This document shows, piece after piece, positions 51,055-64,000 of a DNA stretch of 64,000 bases. The stretch spans positions 50,344,001-50,408,000 of the forward strand of contig NC_091998.1 in the NCBI RefSeq assembly GCF_044704955.1, given 5' to 3'. Below the pieces are notes generated by a model. It worked only from the letters and a program-made list of their open reading frames with translations. It was not told where the DNA came from and searched no databases. Made by a program: the position numbers and the translations under genes. The DNA is from Pristiophorus japonicus (taxonomy: Eukaryota). Numbering within the stretch: the stretch's first letter is position 1; every line of letters starts with the position of its first letter.

Positions 51055-53100
51055 GGGTGAAAGGGCGGTAAAAGAAGGGATGTCCAGCCATGGATAACCA
51101 AGGAAATAAAGGAGAGTATCAAATTAAAAACCAATGCGTATAAGGTGGCCAAGGTTAGTGGGAAACTAGAAGATTGGGAAAATTTTAAGCGACAGCAAAG
51201 AATGACTAAGAAAGCAATAAAGAAAGGAAAGATAGATTACGAAGGTAAACTTGTGCAAAACATAAAAACAGATAGTAAAGCTTTTACAGATATATAAAAC
51301 GGAAAAGAGTGACTAAAGTAAATGTTGGTCCCTTAGGAGATGAGAAGGGGGATTTAATAATGGGAAATGTGGAAATGGCTGAGGCCTTAAACAGTTATTT
51401 TTGCTTCGGTCTTCACAGTGGAAGACACAAAAACCATGCCAAAAATTGCTGGTCACAGGAATGTGGGAAGGGAGGACCTTGAGACAATCACTATCACTAG
51501 GGGTGTAGTGCTGGACAGGCTAATGGGACTCAAGGTAGACAAGTCCCCTGCTCCTGATGAAATGCATCCCAGGGTATTAAAAGAGATGGCGGAAGTTATA
51601 GCAGATGCATTCGTTGTAATCTACCAAAATTCTCTGGACTCTGGGGAGGTACCAGCGGATTGGAAAGCAGCTAATGTAACGCTTCTGTTTAAAAAAGGGG
51701 GCATACAAAAGGCAGGTAATTATAGGCCAGTTAGTTTAACGTCTGTAGTGGGGAAAATGCTTGAAACTATTATTAAGGAAGAAATAGCGGGACATCTAGA
51801 TAGGAATAGTGCAATCAAGCAGACGCAGCATGGATTCATGAAGGGAAAATCATGTTTAACTAATTAACTGGAATTCTTTGAGGATATAACGAACATGGTG
51901 GATAGAGGTGTACCGATGGATGTGGTGTATTTAGATTTCCAAAAGGCATTCGATAAGGTGCCACACAAAAGGTTACTGCGGAGTCAGAGGAAATGTATTA
52001 GCATGGATAGAGAATTGGCTGGCTAACAGAAAGCAGAGAGTCGGGATAAATGGGTCCTTTTCGAGTTTGAAATCGGTGGTTAGTGGTGTGCCACAGGGAC
52101 CACAACTGTTTACAATATACATAGATGACCTGGAAGAGGGGACAGAGTGTAGTGGAACAAAATTTGCAGATGACACAAAGATTAGTGGGAAAGCGGGTTG
52201 TGTAGAGGACACAGAAAGGTTGCAAAGAGATTTAGATAGGTTAAGCGAATGAGCTAAGGTTTGGCAGATGGAATACAATGTCGGAAAGTGTGAGGTCATC
52301 CACCTTGGGAAAAAAAGCAGTAAAAGGGAATATTATTTGAATGGGGAGAAATTACAACATACTGCGATGCAGAGGGACCTGGGGGTCCTTGTGCATGAAT
52401 CCCAAAAGGTTAGTTTGCAGGTGCAGCAGGTAATCAGGAAGGCAAATGGAATGTTAGTCTTCATTGCGAGAGGGATGGAGTACAAAAGCAGGGAGGTCCT
52501 GCTGCAACTGTATAGGGTATTGGTGAGGCCGCACCTGGAGTACTGCGTGCAGTTTTGGTCACCTTACTTAAGGAAGGATATACTAGCTTTGGAGTGGGTA
52601 CAGAGACAATTCACTAGGCTGATTCTGGAGATGAGGGGGTTACCTTATGATGATAGATTGAGTAGACTGGGTCTTTACTCATTGGAGTTCAGAAGGATGA
52701 GGGGTGATCTTATAGAAACATTTAAAATAATGAAAGGGATAGATAAGATAGAGGCAGAGAGGTTGTTTCCACTGGTCGGGGAGACTAGAACTAGGGGGCA
52801 CAGCCTCAAAATACAGGGGAGCCAATTTAAAACCGAGTTGAGAAGGAATTTCTTCTCCCAGAGGGTTGTGAATCTGTGGAATTATCTGCCCAAGGAAGCA
52901 TTTGAGGCTAGCTCATTGAATGTATTCAAGTCACAGATAGATAGATTTTTAACCAATAAGGGAATTAAGGGTTATGGGGAGCAGGCGGGTAAGTGGAGCT
53001 GAGTCCACGGCCAGATCAGCCATGATCTTGTTGAATGGCGGAGCAGGCTCAAGGGGCTAGATGGCCTACTCCAGTTCCTAATTCTTATCTTCTTATGTTC
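51055..53100 (+). mobile_element. CR1 LINE, ~2 kb of ORF2 (linker + RT + C-terminus), frameshifted
   Basis: PWITKEIK, KSPAPDEMHPRVLKE, GNYRPVSLTS, QHGFMKGKSCLTN, DFQKAFDKVPH, GVPQG, FADD; ORF 52268..53002; tail. Confidence 0.95.
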
Positions 53101-53144
53101 ATATGAAATCTGTGAGCTCACCAGAGATCAAGATTGATCTATTA

Positions 53145-53608
53145 TTTAGATTTACGAGAATGATTCCAGGGATGAGGGTCTTCAGTTACGTGGACAGACT
53201 GGAGAAGCTGGGGTTGTTCTCCTTGGAGCAGAGAAGGTTGAGAAGAGATTTGATCGAGGTGTTCAAAATCATGAGGGGTCTGGACAGAGCAGATGGAGAG
53301 AAACTGTTCCCATTGGCGGAAGGGTCGAGAACCAGAGGACACAGATTTAAGGTGATTGGCAGAAGAACCATGAGGAATAAACTTTGTAACGCAGCGAGTG
53401 GTTAGTATCTGGAATTCACTGCCTGAAAGGGTGGTGGAGGCAGATTCAATTGTGACTTTCAGAAAGGAATAAGTACCTGAAGCAAAATAAATAGCAGGGC
53501 TACGGAGAAAAGGCGGGTGAGTCGGACTGACTGACATGCTCTTGCGGAGAGCCGGCACGGGCTTGGCGGGCGGAATGGCCTCCATCTGTAACCATTCAAT
53601 GATTCTAT
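53145..53608 (+). mobile_element. CR1 3' fragment
   Basis: RFTRMIPGMR.FSYVDRLEKLGLFSLEQRRLRRDLIEVFKIMRGLDR. Confidence 0.9.
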
Positions 53609-53864
53609 CTGGACCACTGGTGCATTCACCCAGGCGGTCAGCAATGGATGAGGTCCCCTGTGCCTTTCTGAGATAAAGCAGACAGGTAGGTGCCCTGCTG
53701 AAGAGTTCACATTGTTGCTCTGGACTCAGGCATCGAACATGGAGAAGTATCCGATTGAGAGTTGGTGTTGACTTCTGTACCTCCATTGTGCAACCTGCCT
53801 TCAGTACAATAAAGAACATCATCATGATGTGTTATTATCTCTGGCCAATCTCTGCATTTAAACC

Positions 53865-56800
53865 ACCTGAATCCCAGTGTATGATCCATCCGAATCTGAG
53901 TATAATGCAGCCAGATTTGGGCATATAATTCACCTCAATCTGAATATAATCCACCCAAACCCCACTGCATAATTCACCCAAATCCCAGTGCATAATTCAC
54001 CCGAATCACAGTGTAAAATTCACCAGAATCCCAGTTTAACATTCACCCGAATCCCAGTGTATAATAACCCGAATTCCAGTGCTAAATTTAACTGAATGCC
54101 AAGATAAAATTCACCCGAATTCCAGTGTTTAATTCATCCGAATCCCAAAGTAAAATTCACCTCAATCCCAGTGTATAATTCACCCGAGTCTCATTGTATA
54201 ATTCATCCGAATCTCAGTGAATAATTCACCCGAATCTCAGTGTATAATTCACCCAAACCCCAGTGTAAAATTAACCTGAACACCTGTGTAAAATTCATCC
54301 GAATCCCAGTGTAAAATTCACCCGAACACCTGTGTATAATTCACCCGAATCCCAGTATATAATTCACCCGAATCGCAGTGTAAAATTCAGCCGAATCCCA
54401 GTGCATAATTCACCCGAATCCCAGTGCAAAATTCACCCGAATCCCAGTGTATAATTCACCCGAATCACAGTGTAAAATTCAGCTGAACCCCAGTGTATAA
54501 TGCACCCGAATCCCAGTGTAAAATTCAGCCGAACCCCAGTGTAAAATTCACAGCAATCACAGTGTAAAATTCACCCGAATCAAAGTGTAAAATTCACCCG
54601 AAACCCTGTGTAAAATTCACCCAAATCAGAGTGTAAAATTCACCCGAATCTCAGTGTAAAATTCACCCGAATCCCAATGTCAAATTCACCCAAATCCAAT
54701 TATAAAATTCACCCAAACCCAAATGCAAAATTCACCCGAACCCCAGTGTAAAATTCACCCGAATTCCGGTGTAAAATTCACCCGAATCCCAGTGTAAAAT
54801 TCACCCGAATTCCGGTGTATAATTCACTCGAATTCCAGTGAAAATTCACCCGAATTCCAGTGTAAAATTCACCCGAATTCCGGTGTAAAATTCACACGAA
54901 TCCCAGTGTATAATTCACCTGAATCTCAGTGTATAATTCACCCAAACCCCAGTGTAAAATTAACCCGTACCCCTGTGAAAAATCCACCCGAATCCAATTG
55001 TATAATTCACCCGAACCCCAGTGTATAATTCACCCGAAACCCAGTGTAAAATTAAACCGAACCCCTGTGTAAAATTCACCCGAATCCCAGTGTAAAATTC
55101 AGCCGAACCCCAGTTTAAAATTCACCAGATCCCCAGTGTAAAATTCACCCTAACCCCATTCTAAAATTCACCCGAACCCCCGTGTAAAAATCATCCGAAT
55201 CCCAGTGAAAATTCATCCAAATCCAAGTGTATAATTCACCCAAACCCCAGTGTAAAATTCACCCGAATCCCAGTGTAAAATTCACCCGAACACCAGTGTA
55301 AAATTCACCCGAATCCCAGTGTAAAAGTTACCCGAATACCAGTGTAAAATTCACCCGAATCTCAGTGTATAATTCACCCGAATCCGAGTGTAAAATTCAC
55401 CCGAACACCAGTGTAAAATTCACCCGAATCCCAATGTATAATCACCTGAATACCAGTGTAAAATTCACCCGAATCCCAGTGTAAAATTCACCCGAATCCC
55501 AGTGCATAATTCACCCGAATCCCAGTGTATAATTCACCCGAATTCCTGTGCATAATTCACCCGAATCCTAGTGTATAATTCACCCGAATCCCAATGAAAA
55601 TTCACCCGAATCCCAGTGTATAATTTACCCGAATCCCAGTGTATAATTCACTGGAATCCCAGTGGAAAATTCACCCGAATACCAGTATAAAATTGACTCG
55701 AATCCCATTGTAAAATTCAACTGAAATCCATTGTATAATTCACCCGAACCCCAGTGTAAAATTCACCCGAATCCCAGTGTAAAATTCACCCAAATCCCAG
55801 TGTAACAATCACCCGAATCCCAGTGTAAAATTATCCTGAATCCCAGTGTATAATTCACATGAACCCAGTGTCTAATTCACCCGAATCCCAGTGTATAATT
55901 CACCGGAATCCCAGTGTAAATTCACCTGAATCCCAGTGTAAAATTAACCCGAACCCCAGTGTAAAATTCACCCGAATCACAGTGTATAATTCACCCGAAT
56001 CCCAATGTATAATTCTCCTGAATCACAGTATAAAATTCACACGAATCCCAGTGTAAAATTTTCCTGAATCCTGGTGTAAAATTCACCCGAATCCCAGTGT
56101 AAAATTCACCCGAATCCCAATGTATAATTAACCCGTGTCCCAGTATAAAATTCACCCGAATCCCAGTGTATAATTCAATGGAATCCCAGTGTATAATTCA
56201 CCTGACTCCCGGTGTAAAATTCTCCTAAACACCAGTGTATAATTCACACGAATCCCAGTGTATAATTCACAGGAATCCCAGTGTATAATTAACCCAAAAC
56301 ACAAAATTCACAATAATTCCAGTATTTAATTCACCAAATCCCAGTATATAATTCACCCTAATCCCAGTGTATAATTCACACGAATCCCAGTGTATAATTC
56401 TCCGGAATCCCAGTGTATAATTCACCCGAATCTCAAAATTCACGCGAATCCCAGTGTATAATTCGCCCGAATCCCAAAATTCACCCGAATCCCAAAGTTC
56501 ACCCGAATCCCAGTGTAAAATTCACCCGAATCCCAGTGTATAATTCTCCAGAATCCCATTGTGTAATTCACCAAAATCCCAGTGTAAATTCACCCAAATC
56601 CCAGTGTAAAATTCACCCGAATCCCAGAGTATATTTCACCCGAATCCCAGTGTAAAATTAACCCAAATCTCAGTGTAAAATTCACCCGAACCCCAGTGTA
56701 AAATTCATGCGAATCCAAGGGTATAATTAACCCAAATTCGAATGTAAAATTCACCCGAATCCCAGTGTATAATTCACCCGAACCTCAGCGTAAAATTCAC

Positions 56801-59800
56801 CCGAACAGCAGTGTAAAATTCACACGAACTCCAGTGTATAATTCACCCGAACCCCAGTGTAAAATTTACCCGAACCCCAGTGTATAATTCACCCGAACCC
56901 CAGCGTAAAATTTGCCCGATCTCCAGTGTAAAATCCATCTGAACACCAGTGAATAATTCACCTCAACCCCAGTGTAGACTTCACCCGAACTCCAGTGTAA
57001 AATTCTCCCGTACCCCAGTGTATAATTCACCCGAATCCCAGTGTAAAATTCACCTGAACTCCAATGTATAATTCACCCGAATCCCAGTGTAAAGTTCACC
57101 CGAACCCCAGTGTAAAATTCACCCCAAACCGAGTTTATAATTCACCCGAACCCCCGTGTAAAATTTACCCGAATCCCAGTGTAAAATTCACCCGAATCCC
57201 AGTGTATAATTCTCCGGAATCCCATTGTGTAATTCACCAAAATCCCAGTGTAAATTCACCCAAATCCCAGTGTAAAATTCACTCGAATCTCAGTGTATAT
57301 TTCGTCCGAATCCCAGTGTAAGATTAACCCAAATCTCAGTGTAAAATTCACCCGAACCCCAGTGTAAAATTCATGCGAATCCAAGGGTATAATTCACCCA
57401 AATCCGAATGTAAAATTCACCCGAATCCCAGTGTATAATTCACCCGAACCTCAGCGTAAAATTCACCCGAACAGCAGTGTAAAATTCACACGGACTCCAG
57501 TGTATAATTCACCCGAACCCCAGTGTAAAATTTTCCCGAACTCCAGTGTATAATTCACCCGAACCGCAGTGTATAATTCACCCGAACCCCAGTGTAGAAT
57601 TCACCCAAACTCCAGCGTGAAATTTGCCTGAACTCCAGTGTAAAATCCATCCAAACTCCAGTGAATAATTCACCCGAACCCCAGTGTAAAATTCACCCGA
57701 ACTCCAGTGTAACATTCTCCCGTACCCCAGTGTATAATTCACCCGAATCCCAGTGTAAAATTCATCTGAACCCCAGTGTATAATTCACCCGAATCCCAGT
57801 GTAAAGTTCACCCAAACACCGGTTTATAATTCACCCGAATCCCAGTGTAAAATTCACCCAAACCCCAGTGTAAAATTCACCCAAATCCCAGTGTATAATT
57901 CTCCAGAATCCCATTGTAAAATTCTTCCAAATCCCAGTGTAAAATTCACCCGAACCCCAGTGTAAAATTCACCCGAATCCCTATGTATAATTCACACGTG
58001 TCCCAATGTAAAATTCACCTGAATCCCAGTGTAAAATTTTCCTGAATCCCAGTGTATAATTCACACGAATCCCAGTGTATAATTCACCGGAATCCCAGTG
58101 TATAATTCACCTGAATCCCAGAGTAAAATTCACCTGAATCCAAGTGTATAATTCATCCGAATCCCAGTGTATAAATCACCTGAATCCCAGTGTAAAATTC
58201 TCCACAATCCCAGTGTATAATTCACAGGAATCACAGTGTTTAATTCACCGGAATCCCAGTGTATAATTCACACAAATATCAAAATTCACACGAATCACAG
58301 TGTATAATTCACCAGAATCCCAGTGTATAATTTACCCGAATCCCAAAATTCACCAGACTCGCAGTGTGAAATTCACCCGAATACCAGTGTATAATTCACC
58401 CGAATCCCAGTGGAAAATTCACCCGAATCCCAGTGGAAAATTGTCCTGAATCCCAGTGTATAATTCTCCAGAATGCCATTGTAAAATTCTTCCAAATCCC
58501 AGTGTAAAATTCACCCGAACCCCAGTGTAAAATTTACCCGAACCCCAGTGTAAAATTCACTCGAATCCCAGTGTATAATTCACCCGAATCCCAGTGTATA
58601 ATTCTCCTGAATCCCGGTGTAAAATTCACCCGAATCACAGTGTAAAATTCTCCTGAAACCCGGTGTAAAATTCACCCGAATCCCAGTGTAAAAGTATCCT
58701 GAATCCCGGTGTAAAGTTCACCCGAATCCCAATGTATAATTCACCCGTGTCCCAGTGTAAAATTCACCCGAATCCCAGTGTAAAATTCTCCTGAATCTCA
58801 GTGTATAATTCACACGAATCCCAGTGTAAAATTTTCCTGAATCCTGGTGTAAAATTCACCCGAATCCCAGTGTAAAATTCAACCAAATTCCAATGAATAA
58901 TTCACCCGTGTCCCAGTATAAAATTTACCCGAATCGCAGTGTATAATTCACCCGAATTCCAGTGTAAAATTCTCCTGAATCTCAGTGTAAAATTCACACG
59001 AATCCCACTGTATAATTCAACGGAATCCCAGTGTATAATTCATCTGAATCACAGTGTAAAATTCTCCTAAACACCAGTGTATAATTCACACGAATCCCAG
59101 TGTATAATTCACCAAATCCCAGTGTATAATTCACCCAAATCCCAGTGTATAATTCACACGAATCCCAGTGTATAATTCTCCGGAATCCCAGTGTATAATT
59201 CACCCGTATCCCAAAATTCACACGAATCCCAGTGTATTATTCACCAGAATCCCAGTGTATAATTCACCTGAATCCCAAAATTCACCCGAATCCCTGTGTA
59301 AAATTCACCCGAATCACAGTGTATAGTTCACCCGAATCCCAGTGTATAATTCTCCTTTATCCCATTGTGTAATTCACCAAAATCCCAGTGTAAATTCATC
59401 CAAATCCCAGTGTAAAATTCACCCGAATCCCAGTGTATATTTCGCCCGAATCGCAGTGTAAAATTCCCCCGAACCCCAGTGTAACATTTATGCGAATCCA
59501 AGGGTATAATTCACCCAAATCCGAATGTAAAATTCACCCGAATCCCAGTGTATAATTCACGCAAACCTCAGCGTAAAATTTACCCGAACAGCAGTGTAAA
59601 ATTCACATGAACTCCAGTGTATAATTCACCCGAACCCCAATGTAAAATTTACCCGAACCCCAGTGTATAATTCACCCGAACCCCAGTGTATAATTCACCC
59701 GAATCCCAGTGTATAATTCTCCTGAATCCCGGTGTAAAATTCACCCGAATCACAGTGTAAAATTCTCCTGAAACCCGGTGTAAAATTCACCCGAATCCCA

Positions 59801-62800
59801 GTGTAAAAGTATCCTGAATCCCGGTGTAAAATTCACCCGAATCTGAGTGTAAAGTTCACCCGAATCCCAATGTATAATTCACCCGTGTCCCAGTGTAAAA
59901 TTCACCCGAATCCCAGTGTAAAATTCTCCTGAATCTCAGTGTATAATTCACACGAATCCCAGTGTAAAATTTTCCTGAATCCTGGTGTAAAATTCACCCG
60001 AATCCCAGTGTAAAATTCAACCAAATTCCAATGAATAATTCACCCGTGTCCCAGTATAAAATTTACCCGAATCGCAGTGTATAATTCACCCGAATTCCAG
60101 TGTAAAATTCTCCTGAATCTCAGTGTAAAATTCACACGAATCCCACTGTATAATTCAACGGAATCCCAGTGTATAATTCACCTGAATCACAGTGTAAAAT
60201 TCTCCTAAACACCAGTGTATAATTCACACGAATCCCAGTGTATAATTCACCGGAATCCCAGTGTATAATTCACACGAATCCCAGTGTATAATTCTCCGGA
60301 ATCCCAGTGTATAATTCACCCGTATCCCAAAATTCACACGAATCCCAGTGTATTATTCACCAGAATCCCAGTGTATAATTCACCTGAATCCCAAAATTCA
60401 CCCGAATCCCTGTGTAAAATTCACCCGAATCACAGTGTATAGTTCACCCGAATCCCAGTGTATAATTCTCCTTTATCCCATTGTGTAATTCACCAAAATC
60501 CCAGTGTAAATTCATCCAAATCCCAGTGTAAAATTCACCCGAATCCCAGTGTATATTTCGCCCGAATCGCAGTGTAAAATTCCCCCGAACCCCAGTGTAA
60601 CATTTATGCGAATCCAAGGGTATAATTCACCCAAATCCGAATGTAAAATTCACCCGAATCCCAGTGTATAATTCACGCAAACCTCAGCGTAAAATTTACC
60701 CGAACAGCAGTGTAAAATTCACATGAACTCCAGTGTATAATTCACCCGAACCCCAATGTAAAATTTACCCGAACCCCAGTGTATAATTCACCCGAACCCC
60801 AGTGTATAATTCACCCGAACCCCAGTGTATAATTCACCCGAACCCCAGCGTAAAATTTACCCGAACTCCAGTGTAAAATTCACCCGAACTCCAGTGAATA
60901 ATTCACCCGAATCACAGTGTAAAATTCAACCAAACTCCAGTGTAAAATTATCCCGTACCCCAGTGTATAATTCACCCGAATCCCAGTGTAAAATTCACCT
61001 GAACCCCAGTGTATAATTTACCCGAATTCCAGTGTAAAGTTCACCCGAACACCGGTTTATAATTCACCCGAATCCCAGTGTAAAATACACCCAAACCCCA
61101 GTGTAAAATTCACCCAAATCCCAGTGTATAATTCTCCTGAAACCCATTGTAAAATTCTTCCAAATCCCAGTGTATAATTCACCCGAACCCCAGTGTAAAA
61201 TTCACCTGAACCCCAGTGTAAAATTCACCCGAACCCCAGTTTATAATTCACCCTAACCCCAGTGTAAAATTCACCCAAACCTCAGTGTAAAATTCACCCA
61301 AATCCCAGTGTATAATTCTCCAGAATCCCATTGTAAAATTCTTCCAAATCCCAGTGTAAAATTCACTCGAACCCCAGTGTAAAATTGACCCGAACCCCAG
61401 TGTAAAATTCACCCGAATCCCAGTGTAAAATTCTCCTGAAACCCGGTGTAAAATTCACCCGAATCCCAGTGTAAAATTCTCCTGAATTCCGGAGTAAAAT
61501 TCACCCGAATCCCAGTGTAAAATTCACCCGACTCCCAATGTATAATTCACCCGTGTCCCAGTGTAAAATTCACACGAATCCCAGTGTATAATTCAACGGA
61601 ATCCCAGTGTATAATTCACCTGACTCCCAGTGTAAAATTCTCCTAAACACCAGTGTATAATTCACACAAAACCCAGTGTATAATTCACCGGAATCCCAGT
61701 GTATAATTCACCCAAAACACAAAATTCACAATAATTCCAGTATATAATTCACCAAATCCCAGTGTATAATTCACCCAAATCTCAGTGAGTTATTCACACG
61801 AATCCCAGTGTATAATTCTCCAGAATCCCAGATTATAATTCACCCGAATCTCAAAATTCACACGAATCCCAGTGTATAATTCACCCGAATGCCAAAATTC
61901 ACCCGAATCCCAAAATTCACCCGAATCCCAGTGTAAAATTCATCCAAATCCCAGTGTAAAATTCACCCGAATCCCAGTGTAAAATTATCCTGAATCCCAG
62001 TGTATAATTCACATGAACCCAGTGTATAATTCACCCGAATCCCAGTGTATAATTCACCGGAATCCCAGTGTATAATTCACCTGAATTCCAGTGTAAAATT
62101 AACCCGAACCCCAGTGTAAAATTCACCCGAATCACAGTGTATAATTCCCCCGAATCCCAATGTATAATTCTCCTGAATCACAGTATAAAATTCACATGAA
62201 TCCCAGTGTAAAATTTTCCTGAATCCTGGTGTAAAATTCACCCGAATCCCAGTGTAAAATTCACCCGAATCCCAATGTATAATTAACCCGTGTCCCAGTA
62301 TAAAATTCACCCAAATCCCAGTGTATAATTCAACGGAATTCCAGTGTATAATTCACCTGACTCCCAGTGTAAAATTCTCCTAAACACCAGTGTATAATTC
62401 ACCGGAATCCCAGTGTATAATTCACCGGAGTCCCAGTGTATAATTCACCCAAAACACAAAATTCACAATAATTCCAGTATATAATTCACCAAATCCCAGT
62501 GTATAATTCACCCTAATCCCAGTGTATAATTCACACGAATCCCAGTATATAATTCTCCGGAATCCCAGTGTATAATTCACCCGAATCTCAAAATTCACGC
62601 GAATCCCAGTGTATAATTCACCCGAATCCCAAAATTCACCCGAATCCCAAAATTCACCCGAATCCCAGTGTATAATTCTCCGGAATCCCATTGTGTAATT
62701 CACCAAAATCCCAGTGTAAATTCACCCAAATCCCAGTGTAAAATTCACCAGAATCCCAGTGTAAAATTAACCCAAATCTCAGTGTAAAATTCACCCGAAC

Positions 62801-64000
62801 CCCAGTGTAAAATTCATGCGAATCCAAGGGTATAATTAACCCAAATTCGAATGTAAAATTCACCCGAATCTCAGTGTATAATTCACCCGAACCTCAGCGT
62901 AAAATTCACCCGAACAGCAGTGTAAAATTCACCCGAACAGCAGTGTAAAATTCACACGAACTCCAGTGTATAATTCACCCGAACCCCAGTGTAAAATTTA
63001 CCCGAACCCCAGTGTATAATTCACCCGAACCCCAGCGTAAAATTTGCCCGATCTCCAGTTTAAAATCCATCCGAACTCCAGTGAATAATTCACCTGAACC
63101 CCAGTGTAGATTTCACCCGAACTCCAGTGTAAAATTCTCCCGTACTCCAGTGTATAAATCACCCGAATCCCAGTGTAAAATTCACCTGAACTCCAATGTA
63201 TAATTCACCCGAATCCCAGTGTAAAGTTCACCCGAACCCCAGTGTAAAATTCACCCGAAACCGAGTTTATAATTCACCCGAACCCCCGTGTAAAATTTAC
63301 CCGCATCCCAGTGTAAAATTCACCCGAATCCCAGTGTATAATTCTCCGGAATCCCATTGTGTCATTCACCAAAATCCCAGTGTAAATTCACCCAAATCCC
63401 AGTGTAAAATTCACCAGAATCTCAGTGTATATTTCGCCCGAATCCCAGTGTAAAATTAACCCAAATCTCAGTGTAAAATTCACCCGAACCCCAGTGTAAA
63501 ATTCATGCGAATCCAAGGGTATAATTCACCCAAATCCGAATGTAAAATTCACCCGAATCCCAGTGTAAAATTCACACGAACTCCAGTGTATAATTCACCC
63601 GAACCCCAGTGTAAAATTTTCCCGAACTCCAGTGTATAATTCACCCGAACCCCAGTGTATAATTCACCCGAACCCCAGTGTAGAATTCACCCGAACTCCA
63701 GCGTGAAATTTGCCCGAACTCCAGTGTAAAATCCATCCGAACTCCAGTGAATAATTCACCCGAACCCCAGTGTAAAATTCACCCGAACTCCAGTGTAAAA
63801 TTCTCCCGTACCCCAGTGTATAATTCACCCGAATCCCAGTGTAAAATTCATCTGAACCCCAGTGTATAATTCACCCGAATCCCAGTGTAAAGTTCACCCA
63901 AACACCGGTTTATAATTCACCCGAATCCCAGTGTAAAATTCACCCAAACCCCAGTGTAAAATTCACCCAAATCCCAGTGTATAATTTTCCAGAATCCCAT
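53865..64000. repeat. 23-bp tandem satellite, consensus CCCAGTGTA(A/T)AATTCACCCGAA(T/C), >10 kb, runs off the window
   Basis: Continuous head-to-tail 23-bp monomers (roughly 440 by length), with occasional 18-bp and 22-bp deletion variants; no interspersed TE seen inside. Confidence 0.97.

Noticed and set aside
55859-63453. ORFs encoding repetitive peptides (VYNSPESQCKIHPNPSVKFTRIP)
   Set aside because: These are translations of three 23-bp monomers; they are open only where variants avoid TAA, with no splice or promoter context.
53865-64000. CRISPR-like array or CENP-B boxes
   Set aside because: Monomers are head-to-tail with no unique spacers, no cas genes are present and the context is vertebrate; TTCG is present but the downstream CGGG of the CENP-B box spacing is not.

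Overview
This is repeat-dominated vertebrate DNA with no intact protein-coding gene. The repeat complement (CR1 and L2 LINE 3' ends, Deu-domain tRNA SINEs of the SacSINE1/AmnSINE1 type, RTE and Tx1 LINE fragments) points to a cartilaginous fish, probably a shark; the species cannot be confirmed from the sequence. Nearly all long ORFs in the track are LINE ORF2 remnants. Positions 1-53.8 kb are a nested mosaic of retroelements, GC-rich TIR-type non-autonomous elements, at least five solo LTRs from three families, and a fragmented processed RPL19 pseudogene (12.8-13.7 kb, minus strand). Positions ~53.87-64 kb are a 23-bp tandem satellite with higher-order duplications. The most interesting signal is that every Tx1-type LINE fragment I found sits at the same position inside one ~275-bp solo-LTR family, three times serially in one copy, which suggests a sequence-specific retrotransposon targeting another transposon's LTR. 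Other notable structures are a perfect 115-bp inverted duplication, a CR1 fold-back, and minisatellites derived from LINE 3' ends. All family assignments are by eye and from memory; no database search was run, and element boundaries are approximate unless TSDs are quoted.
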